A stretch of 58,862 bases of DNA, the filler included, from Porpidia crustulata (taxonomy: Eukaryota), in the NCBI GenBank assembly GCA_964255105.1. It is 4 parts of 4 records of this genome, joined end to end, with 100 filler letters (N's around TTAATTAATTAA, not from the genome) between each part and the next. Parts side by side here need not be neighbours in the genome. Positions count along the whole stretch, not along the records: positions 1 to 14,662 come from CAXUWE010000364.1; 3 more parts are not named here. The stretch is one strand, 5' to 3'. Below the pieces are notes generated by a model. It worked only from the letters and a program-made list of their open reading frames with translations. It was not told the DNA's origin and ran no database searches. The translations under genes and the position numbers were made by a program. Of this stretch, positions 1 through 10,189 are shown in pieces. The first letter of the stretch is position 1. Each line of letters begins with the position of its first letter.

Positions 1-372
1 GAATTGGGGAATTGGAGGCAGGAGGGGGAGGGTTTCCATGAAGATAGGGAGTTCCTGTAATGACCTGGGAAAGAGCGCTTGAGGCAGGATGGTTCTGATT
101 TACCAGGTGTAATCCTGATCAGGTGTTTTACTAATATTCTATTACCACTCTCCTGTTGCTCCATTTCCGGACTCCCACCTCTCCGCCCCACGTTAACTTT
201 TACCAAACCATTCTTCCAAACCCCATCTTGCTTCCAGACATGTTTTCTACCTGCAGAAACGGTACTGAGCAGTGCGCGCCAGGAAAGGGGGGCTGGGATA
301 ACTGTCGTGATGAATTTTTTTGAATCTGTATATGCTCGAAGGCATTGGAAATGGTGGTCGCGCATATCATGA

Positions 373-1260
373 GTGCATGACCCCATAAACACAACCGCAC
401 CATCCATCCGAAACCCACAAACACGTCCAAATGAAGATGCGAATGACCTCGATACTCCCATGGACAATACAAATCTCCCCCTCGATTTCCTAAATCCCCC
501 CAAAAAGTATCTATTTCCAACGATCGAGATCGCCACCCCTGATTGTTTTTACTGCTGATGAGGGGTTTTCAGCTACGTGTATATATTTTTCTTTTATTGG
601 ATGGGGTTTTGGATTTTGCATATGTGTGAATGATGCATGCACATCACAAATCCATCCATCCCTCACTTACGATCGAAATTTTCCATTTTCAATTCGAAAA
701 AAACGAAGCAGAGCCGTTTTTTTTTTATATATAAAAAAAAAGCAGCGAGGAAGCAGCAGCAGCGCGGAAGCACAAGAAAGTATCTGATTCGAGAGAGAAG
801 CACGAAAAAGTAAGTGAAAGCATTAGATATGTGACAGCGCAAAAGCGCAAAGCATATCAGAGTCTTGAAAAAATGCTGCTTTCTAGATACTCAGCTCTAC
901 GCTCGAAAATTAAAGAATAAAACTCCGTCAAAGATGAATATACTGCAAGCGATAATCTAAATCGCTCGTAAAGTACAGGGTTTTTTCTTTGCATCACGAT
1001 GATTTATGAAGCTGATTCTGAACAACAATCTCTGTATGCAGTCGATTCTGCTTCAGGAGAAGTGATCATTAAAGAATCTGTGATAGATATCTAACCTCTT
1101 CGGATGGGTTTACACTACTTCTGCTAGCTTTCTGATATACACTTTGCTAGACACACCGAGGACATTTTTAATTAAATGATTACTGAAAACAGCTCCGAAT
1201 CTACCTTATTATATCATTCTAGAAGTGCTATTAAAACTACTGCAACTTTTCCTTATATAG
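373..1260 (+). mobile_element. Possible RIP-degraded transposon remnant
   Basis: AT-rich, A-skewed stretch from about 580 to 1260 with a stop-interrupted protein-like frame (SSEEAAAARKHKKVSDSREKHEKVSESIRYVTAQKRKAYQSLEK...). A short upstream ORF (LPLDFLNPPKKYLFPTIEIA) loosely resembles fungal MULE N-termini. No catalytic motif is seen. Confidence 0.25.
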
Positions 1261-1293
1261 CAACCCTATATCAAATAGTAGCTCCGGGGAAAT

Positions 1294-2503
1294 TTACTTG
1301 TCATAGTTCCCTCTTCGCATATTAGCAGACCACACATTCATCGTCTCCACCTCGTTCACAGATCCTCCAATGGCCACAATAGCCATCCGCAACGCCTCCT
1401 TTATTCCGTGCAGCACGCTGCCCAGTGATGCATCCCTTTCCGCAACCTCTTCAAGTCGCTTCTGAAAATCATTTCCCACTGCGGCCTCGACCTCCCACCT
1501 TCCATCCGCCATCGCTTTCGGCGGTATCACCGTTACTTCATCCCCGACCACCCATCCTTCCTTCCGAGTCACCTCCTTGATCCATTCCTGCCCAACGACC
1601 GTCCGTACATTCCGGTCCGCATCCCCAACTCCTCCGGCCCCCAACGTCGCTTGCGCTAATACTGCCAGCACGTGAGGAACCGCATTCAGCGACGAAGCCT
1701 GCAAGGCGTATTCGGCGATACAGAGTGTAACATCTGAAGTAACATGGGCTTGGAGATGGCGTAGGATGGTAGGGAAGACGGACGGCGAGGCAAAATACCA
1801 GAGGGAATGGAGGAGGACGACGTGTGTGTACCTGAGAACAGGAGCGAGCTTGGAGAGGTCGGAGAGGTACTCCGAAGGTGAGGCGCGAATCCAGGTTATG
1901 CGATGACCGAGGGGTGACGCGGAGAGGTGGGCTTGAGATTCACCCAGCGTGGTCGGTGAGCCTAAGATGAGTCAGATGTTTGCATGGTAGCAGGCTAACC
2001 ATCAAAAAAATTTGCAGCTTTTGTTAGGCAACATCCCCAGACTTCAACTATTTCTGGGGCAGTCACAGCCAACATCGCCTAGTATATCTCGATACATTCG
2101 CGAAAAAGGTATCCATAGCAGTTCTAGTAATGTAAAAACTGGTCGAAGCTGTGTTCACGCGACTTCGAAGTTCAAGAACCTCGGGAATCTTCCCACTGGA
2201 ACTGCGATTTCTTCTAACAGCTAGCCTGATAGGGAAATTGGTGGCCAGACACAGTGAGGATGTACCGTAATCCAAAGGTGCTGGATCCACAGCGTCAACG
2301 TGCCCCTGCTCACCTACCGCCGCAGCAAGTACGATGGTGCAGTCGCCTTGGCCGGGACCAATTTCGAGGACGCGAGAGCCAGGAGCAATATTCCACCCTT
2401 TGACGATATTGACGCGATGCTCAAACTGTGTGCGATAGTCGCTTTTGGGATCGCAGAGGTACATGCTTGCGATTGCGTCCACGTCAAGATCGTGGGCTGT
2501 CAT
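1294..2503 (-). CDS. Class I SAM-dependent methyltransferase (UstM-like family), 2 exons
   Basis: Exon 1 has motif I VLEIGPGQGDCT and HVDAVDPAPLDYG. The intron 2265..1962 (GTACAT ... CTGAC ... TTAG) splices in frame to SPTTLGESQAHL...HSLWYF...CIAEYAL...PHVLAVLAQA. Confidence 0.85.
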
Positions 2504-3519
2504 TTTTGTAATTTTTTATTAGCGAGGGCAGCTTGATGAGAAACGCGTTGCTTATCGACTTATGATACTCATCTGATGTATATAGATACAGTCACTTGTT
2601 TTTTATCGTATCCAGAGAGGAGTCAAAATCAAAGGGTCGTTGCGGAAAATGCTGACTGCATAATGCGGTCCGCTTTAGGAAGTCACCTCGTCAGTATAGA
2701 TCGCACGAGAAGTCTGGGGGGTTGAGACAGCAGCGCGATAATTGCGTGATAATCGATTACAGCAGTATTAGCTGATGATTCTCTTGATCGTCGTATAATT
2801 CATCTCGAATGTCTGTTAAATAAACAGCGAGATAGCGTTTCTATATGCTTCAATCTTCGGAAAATAATGGTTGCACTCGATTGCCATTTAACATGACCTA
2901 CGAGTGATTAGAGAATGTAACGCGCTGTGCTTTATATAATATTGGACAAATATGGCTTTTGAAGGTCGGGTATTTGACGCCCCATCCTTGAGACAACCTA
3001 CGCTCCAGATCCTTGAATCATATTATCTATAGGGAATTCTGCGCCGTAAAGCGCGATGAATCGTTGAGTTTATAACGAGATTAGATTCGATTTCTAATGA
3101 CGCTGATTCAATAATGTATTCACTTACTTAGAGGAAGGTTTTATTGAACAGGACTCAAAACCCACGGCCTTTGCAGCAGGCCTCTTTAATTCATTCATGT
3201 TGAACAGGACGTGACGCTGCGAAATTTCAAACGTCCTCTCCCCACAGAACGACCTCTCGAATATTAGCATGGATCGCGTTCAGATCTAGACTTTCCTGCG
3301 AGATAGATACGACCGGTTTTGGCAGATGGATTATATAAGTATCAACCAACGCCATCTAATGTATACTTCAATACATACTCGCGACAAGTTTACCATTCTA
3401 TTGAACAGATATTTGTCCCGTCAAAAATTTCAAGCCCCGCCAGCACCAGCTAAACCAAGGATACTCCGACAAGCTGCTTAGCTAGAGGTCAAAACACACA
3501 TCACAATTTCTGGGCAGAG

Positions 3520-3695
3520 TGGAAGTCGGGCAGCAACCCACCTTCAAGGGGGGCACAATTCACCCCAAGACCACCTTCAGCCGCGGTGACCCTCACCCAA
3601 GATACATCAACGTAAAGCAGCGCTCACCCTAGGCCCAGTTGAGGGTTGAGGTCGGGGTTCATTTGTGTCTTCTTGGCAGCAGGTCAGCCTCTTCT
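3520..3695. repeat. Degenerate inverted repeat, possible old MITE
   Basis: CAAGGGGGGCACAATTCACCCC...CCACCTTCAGCCG pairs imperfectly with the reverse complement of CAGTTGAGGGTTGAGGTCGGGGTTCATTTGTGTCTTCTTGG. Confidence 0.3.
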
Positions 3696-3812
3696 TTGTT
3701 TATAACAAATATAGGGACATCACTTTGTTTTACTGAGTGCTTCAACCGAATCTCTATTTAGCATCTCAAAATTCCATACCCGCCGGCCATAGTTTCAAAA
3801 TTTCGTCCTTGC

Positions 3813-5213
3813 CTAGCTTGTGTGGCATCTCCGTGCTTGAGACTCGAATTCCTTCGAGGCATACTTGAACAATGGATCATCGAGACGGGTCTTGACCTCG
3901 CGTATTAGCGAAAGGTTATCCATAGCTTCAAGATCGTCTTTCTCCGTTCCAGAAAACAAGCTACTCTTTTGAACGTCATTCAGCCATTCTTGCCTGCGAG
4001 AATTGTTGGGGATAAACTGATCCATCCAGGAAAACCCAAATTGTTCTCTTTGATCAACCGGCAGCTTGACAACGAAAGCCAGTGCGGCGCTTCTTTTTGA
4101 GAACACAAGTGGTCGAAGCTTGAATGCGCAACCGGGCTGAGATTCCAAGAACAGTGCTGGTGCTCTTGATTTCAGATAATGAGCCGGAATGAGCATCAGG
4201 AGATAGCAGACAAGCCATGCTACAGAGCCCAAGCTATGATAGACTTGGATGTTGCCGCTGCTCGAACAAGCTAATGCAGCCGCTTGTACCACCAAGGTAA
4301 TGTCCAAGAAACGAATAAGCCAAAGAACCAGCCGAGGTCTCGTGCTCCGGATGGGAATGTTTGTCAATGCATGAAGTTGAGCAGAGTAACCAATAATGAC
4401 GTCCAAATGCGATGCATTCCACGAACCTGCAATCACATGCACATCTAACGGCGCGTCTTCAAATATAGGTATAGTCTTTCCGTCAGTTCCTACCGGGCGT
4501 GAGAAGATCGCGGATGTAGCGTGGCGAAGTACGGCTTGGACAACATATACTATCCAGAGGCAGACCATGAGAATAGCTCCGGTGTAAAGACCATAATATC
4601 CAAAGATTGTCCCTAGTCCGAGGTGGCAGATGGCGTGGACGCCATTGATACAATGGCGCGCCCAATATGAGGAGGACCTTGCCAACGTTGAAGGAGCACG
4701 GAAAGGATATATGAAGGTCACGCTGACTGTCACCGGGCGGGCATGATCACACCCGTTGAGGTCGTCTATGAGACCCCCAGTCAATCCAAGAAGTTCAAGA
4801 AAGCCGTGATTTGCGAGTGGAAATGTGATGCCATTTCTGACACTGGCGACGACAGACTGCCTGCCAGTTTCGAAAGAGCCAAAAAGCTCGTAGAAATTCA
4901 GGTACCACAGCCTGCTCAAGTCCCTAACACATCCAGTGAGAGGTGTAGTCAATGAGGAGCTACTGCAGATGCTTGACAGCACCGAAGATTGCGCTCGTAA
5001 ATTTTCTGCGAAGAGTGCGATAGGGTGGTATACTACCAAGCGCGTGATCTGGAGCACTCTTGGGTGGTCCTGGAAGAAGGCGTCAGACACGATAAAGGTT
5101 GGGATGCCTCCGTCATATAGCTCGGCCAAGTGAGGGACCTCGGTGTGAACGTTTATTGCATTCTTTGGCTTTAGCGCAATAAGCTGTAAAGAAGTGAAAG
5201 CCACGCCAGATAT
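3813..5213 (-). CDS. Uncharacterised multi-pass membrane protein; start codon apparently missing
   Basis: Uninterrupted frame of about 500 codons with about 4 hydrophobic segments (HLGLGTIFGYYGL, GAILMVCLWIVYVV, LVLWLIRFLDITLVVQAAALAC, SVAWLVCYLLMLIP). There is no ATG for the first ~250 codons. A candidate start is AGA ATA TCT GGC at 5213. Confidence 0.7.
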   Translation of the reverse strand: MSGVAFTSLQLIALKPKNAINVHTEVPHLAELYDGGIPTFIVSDAFFQDHPRVLQITRLVVYHPIALFAENLRAQSSVLSSICSSSSLTTPLTGCVRDLSRLWYLNFYELFGSFETGRQSVVASVRNGITFPLANHGFLELLGLTGGLIDDLNGCDHARPVTVSVTFIYPFRAPSTLARSSSYWARHCINGVHAICHLGLGTIFGYYGLYTGAILMVCLWIVYVVQAVLRHATSAIFSRPVGTDGKTIPIFEDAPLDVHVIAGSWNASHLDVIIGYSAQLHALTNIPIRSTRPRLVLWLIRFLDITLVVQAAALACSSSGNIQVYHSLGSVAWLVCYLLMLIPAHYLKSRAPALFLESQPGCAFKLRPLVFSKRSAALAFVVKLPVDQREQFGFSWMDQFIPNNSRRQEWLNDVQKSSLFSGTEKDDLEAMDNLSLIREVKTRLDDPLFKYASKEFESQARRCHTS

Positions 5214-5375
5214 TCTCCCTCCTCTCCAGAAAAACAGAACAGGCCTATGTTTCTGAAGAGAACTTGATGATATTATCCATTCCCTTCTCCGTTCGTGAAA
5301 GTTGTTAGACAACGTTGGCACTAATGAAGAAGTCTAGCTGCGTTTTTGGAGGTGCACCTTTTAGTCATCCACTTA

Positions 5376-5478
5376 CTCGTTCCCACCCCGAAACGTTCCG
5401 CCTCACCTAGGGTTAGGGTTATGTAGACTAACTCTGATTAGCGCGGACCGTTGGGGAGGGTGGCAAGGTGGGAACGAG
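5376..5478. mobile_element. Tc1/mariner-type MITE candidate (103 bp)
   Basis: Perfect 12-bp TIRs CTCGTTCCCACC (5376-5387) and GGTGGGAACGAG (5467-5478), flanked on both sides by TA (5374-5375, 5479-5480). Contains an internal TAGGGTTAGGGTTA. Confidence 0.65.
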
Positions 5479-6020
5479 TAGCGCCCAGAAGGTTTTGAGT
5501 GTACTAGTGTATGGACAGGACCGGTACGATCTTAATGTCCTGTCCGTAGTAAATTCGAAAACTTCCGGGTGCTACGAATAGGTCAAATAAGGAACTGGAT
5601 CGATGGGCTAATCTCTGGGAAACAGGAGCAGAAATACTTCGAAATTTAGCGGAGGGATGGTCACTTTTACCAGGTTCGTAGATCTTTCAAATTCGTTGAG
5701 GCTTAAAGGGTAACTTCGAAGGAATAAGTCGGTCAGCCCGCCAGGCTTGCTTGAGGGAGCTTGCTTGAAGAATCTTCACATTCCCAGCAAGCAGCCTTCA
5801 AGTCATGGGTCAATACGGATCTGAAATGCGAGGTTTGAACTGTACCATCATGATCTAAACGTCAACTTCAACGCGGATGCTTCACCATTTATTGCAATTC
5901 TACTAGCGAGCAGACTGAAAAATTTGTATTGATGCATTGTTCGATATTGTATCTGTCCAAAGCGAACAACACACTCATTTGATAGAAAGAAGGCTATTCG
6001 CGAGTCTCTAGACAAAGAAA

Positions 6021-8015
6021 ATGAACCCACTACCAGACTCTGAAAAAGAGCGCTTATCGTTCAGAAACTTTCCTCGTGTCGCTATCAGTGCAAACCAAAT
6101 TCTATTATTCAGACTACGCGAAGATCTAGAGACAAGCACCGGCTACAGGTTTGAGTATCGGTTGTCCTTTGGGGAGCCATACTACGCCATTTCTCATTCC
6201 TGGACGGACCGCACAGGAAGTGGGGACTCGATTATTGTTAATGACTTAGCTCCGTGGCCTCTCTGTCTATCGCCTGCTAAGCTTGGTTTTCTAGACTGGT
6301 TATACCGTGTTCAGAATATCAGACCCGGAGAATCAGACTTGCGCTGGACATCATGGTACTGGATGGATCTTTTCTGTATTGACCAAGCCCGGGAGGACGA
6401 AGAGCTCTTCTCCAAGCAATTGCAACAGATCCCGCAAGTTTTTGGTAATGCAGCAACATGCGTGGCAATACTTGCATCTTGGCCATGTGAAAAAGCATTG
6501 TCGATGCCTGAGCCCGCTTCAAATATTAATGAGGCCAATGAAGCGTCCACCGAGGAATACGATGCGGTGGCACATTGGCTAAATCAACATCTTGCAGAAT
6601 GCTCTTGTATGCCGCTCATAGATGCATGGTTCACTCGGGTGTGGACAAGGCAGGAGCTGCTCTACTCAAAGAGACTCATCCTCATTACTGCAAACATATG
6701 GCTTTCACCACACCACAAGAAATCTTTAGATACTTGGGTTCAACGATCTCAATTTTATATTCCACCGACAGCAACGCAAGGTCTCGATGAGCTTAGCAGC
6801 TGCCTGATCATTTGAGCTACGAAGAATAGACGACCTATTCGCTACTATACACCAGCTGTAATCGCAAGTATTGCTCGTGCATTGATAAGAGGCCAGTACA
6901 TTGAGGATACTGTCGTTTCAAAGGACGAATCAAATATTCTACCAGAAGCTACACTTGCGGAATGGTTTGCATTCAATTGGAGTATGCTATTAAATGGCTC
7001 GGTAAGATACACATCTCACAGACGAGACGCCATCATCTCCCAAATGCTACTTCTTCCAGGCTATCAAGTTCCACGAAATCCATGGTCGAAGTCTCTGGAG
7101 GCAATTGCGGGAAACGCAACGTCCCAGTTCCGCAGATTGCTGCGGGTTTATCAGCTGGTGGCGACAATCATGGCATTGGATTCAAACAAGGATGCATCCT
7201 CAATGATTACACCGATAATCACGGAATCATTCAATGACAAAGGAGGCCTGGCGGATATTCTTCACGCCGTAGGCAGTCCTGTAATATTACCAAAAAAGTT
7301 CAACAATAAAGAGAACGACAGCACAAATAGCTCTGGACCCATGGTGTACCGACCAGGTGGTAGCCCGCGATACACGATCCTCGACGAAATCAACATCGCC
7401 AGCAGACCTTTTGAAACAGGACGCCATATCCTTGGTCTTGCATCCTTGTGGGCTAAAGCAGCAGATTGTCGGACCTCTTGGAACGTGCGCGACTGCTTTG
7501 AAGAAATACAAACAATGTTACCTCATTGTGAATCCGAGGACCCTACACCTGAGAACCTGCTGCAATTGAGAAGAGCACTCAAACACTGCCTATGTCGCAT
7601 GACTAACAACGTGTGCTTCAAAGTCATGACAATTCTGAGACGGACATCGTCTCAGTACTCGCGACCCTACGATTATGATGAAGTCGATGAAGTCGAGATT
7701 CCGAGGGCGCTCCTGGTGATGTTGAGATATCAAGCTGACAGCACAGCGCCTCATACGAATGTCCTTTTTGGTGACTTGGATATAGGCCAAGAAGGCGAGA
7801 TTTGGGGCTTAGGAGTGGAAATGGGGACGAAACTCGAGCACGAGATGGCGGTAGTAGCCTGTAATGATGAGACACTGAGACCTGCTGCGAGTGGTGCATT
7901 GTTGCCGACGAAACGAGAGGCAGAGTATAAGAAAATGGTTAAAGGTCTTGAGGTGACTGACATAGAAGTTATCTCAGTACCTGCATTCTCCACAGGAGGG
8001 TCGCTAAAAACTTAG
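6021..8015 (+). CDS. HET-domain (PF06985-type) protein, about 664 codons, with one in-frame TGA at 6813-6815
   Basis: HET motifs YYAISHSW, WYWMDLFCIDQ, QIPQVFGNA and WFTRVWTRQE. ORFs 6021..6815 and 6882..8015 are in the same frame, joined by LII*ATKNRRPIRYYTPAVIASIARALIRG. Confidence 0.85.
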
Positions 8016-8136
8016 AAGGTACCGTTACGACGGATTGGTGGCATGGACAGCGGGTGCAATGATGCAAGAAGAAAATGACATGGTAATTCAATTCGATCAT
8101 TGTTGAAATCCCTCCGAGATATTAATTGATAGTTTT

Positions 8137-9965
8137 TTGCTAAAAGAACGCGTTTTTCAACTTAGTATTATTACTTTTTTTTACGCTTCAAGTCTAGTTC
8201 TCGTTACTTCTTTGTGGCTACCGATGTCTCCTTCAAGCTTCATCGCCATTTCTTTAGGCGAGACTCTCCAGTACACATCAAAATACATATGCAAAGATGT
8301 GACAGCTCTAATGCACACATTCTGGCCTAGAAATACTTGCTTACAAAGGCGATGTTAGGGAACGGGTGGTGCCCTAACCGTGTAGCGATGCTTATGCCGA
8401 TTCTTTTGTCTTCGGTCCTGTATGTTGCGAGCTCTTTAGGAGGCATTAGAGACCCCACTGGTTGGCATCAAGTATGCAGTGACTTAGAGAGCTCTCTCTT
8501 CGCACTTGATCGCGACAATTACAAGTCGAACCATGTTGAGGCATCATTCACATGCCGTTTTGTTGGTCTCGAAATAGACTATCTAGACAAAGCTCTAGCT
8601 GCAGGCAAAATACCTTTAGTCATGGTCAACTATACAGTAGATGGGCATCTAAACGTCGAGATAATTCACGCTAGCCTACAAGATCCACCACGCTACATCG
8701 CCTTCTCGCATGTATGGTCAGATGGCAGAGGGAATCTAGGATCCAACACGTTGCCTGATTGCGAGGTGAACCGTCTGTATCAACGAGCTCTCGCTTTACA
8801 AATAATGGGGGACTCAAACATTCTCTTCTGGATAGACACGCTCTGCGTCCCTAGCAAAGGCGAGTTTCGTCGAGTTGCTACAGGTCGCATGCGGAAGACG
8901 TATGAAATTGCATGGAAGGTTCTAGTCCTCGACGGCGAGCTTGAGGCGGCGTCTATGAATACTATCCCAGGAGAGTGTCTGATGCGGATTACCTGTCCTG
9001 GTTGGATGCGACGTCTGTAGACCCTTCAAGAAGGTGCTTTGGCCCGGAAGCTCTGTTCAATTATCGGAAAGGAGTATTGAACTACAATCACTTGCCGACC
9101 AATTTTTGGCTAATCCAGACACACCACTCATGAACCCCATAGCAAGGGGCGCTCTAAGCTGTCTGGATCGCTGCCAACGCTTTAGCAACACATCTTCTGA
9201 CCGAATACTGGAATTGATAAATGCACTGCAGTGGCGTAACACCCGCTGGATCTCAGATCTGTCTGTCTGTCTGTCTGTCAACCCTGCTTACCCTCGACGT
9301 AGAGGCTATAGAAACCATAACGACAGACTGCTCGGACTGTCATAGCGCCCGCATGTGTAAATTCATAGATATACTCGAGACCTTCCCAGCCTATCTCGTT
9401 TTTGCACCCGGGAAAAGGCTGGCTGACAAGCCGCACGGATGGGCGCCCGTCTCATTCATGCCGAAGAGTTTCGGGATGCCATTTGGAGGCCAACATGCAA
9501 TCCAAAGCTCATTGGGTATTGTAGCCGAGTTAGCTGCCATTCTATTCCAGCCTGCCCCAACCCCACTCCGTGACATAGCGTTCTTCCAAGTCGAGGATGA
9601 CGATTCATGGAATCGATTAACCAACCTCGGATATCGTGAGGACGATGATAGTAGGTGGTACGACTTCGGTCCGCACTCGATCTCAAAGCCTGCGATTGCA
9701 AGCGGAAGCGGCTTGAGGGAGGGTCTCCAAGATTTGTTGGGCGCTTTGGTTTCTATTGTTGTACCAATCTTCTGAAGGAGTCCATGTCTTTCGGGCAGAG
9801 TACCTGAGTCGCATACAGATACTACGAGAGATCGGCGAAATTCCAGAGTATGATATGTGGAAAATGATAGAAAGAGAGAGTCGACAACATACATAGACCG
9901 CTATATGGCCTTAGAGAGCCTCAAATATGAAGGATCATTCAAAATGGATAATCTCTGGACAGTGA
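8137..9965 (+). pseudogene. HET-domain pseudogene (GWCP-type family)
   Basis: Motifs NGWCP, RYIAFSHVWSDG, FWIDTLCVP, KVLVLD and WMRRL*TLQEG (TAG at 9018-9020 replaces the motif Trp). Frameshifts occur near 9052, in the (TCTG)5 tract at 9258-9279, and near 9770. End points are approximate. Confidence 0.85.
9258..9279 (+). repeat. (TCTG)5.5 microsatellite inside the HET pseudogene
   Basis: TCTGTCTGTCTGTCTGTCTGTC; removing one unit restores the frame to DLSVCLSTLLTLDV. Confidence 0.9.
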
Positions 9966-10189
9966 CTACCAACCAATTCTTGACAGGACCACCTTCGTCT
10001 TTGATCGCTACGCTCTTGCATGGAGATATTTCAATCGCTTACTCAATGCTTGACAACTGTCAAATAACAGCCTCCCGGAGCTTTCGTTTGCTGAAAGCCA
10101 CTTCCGATTACAGATCTGACTGCAAGTATGAAGAAATTTGCTACATGCCGATTTATGTGGTTAATGACGTATAGAAAATGGTCAGCGCT

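Noticed and set aside
1294..2503. Ustiloxin-type RiPP biosynthetic cluster around the UstM-like methyltransferase
   Set aside because: No repeat-containing precursor peptide, DUF3328 or other tailoring gene is present on this contig.
5408..5421. Telomere or chromosome end
   Set aside because: Only about two TTAGGG units, internal to a MITE-like element.
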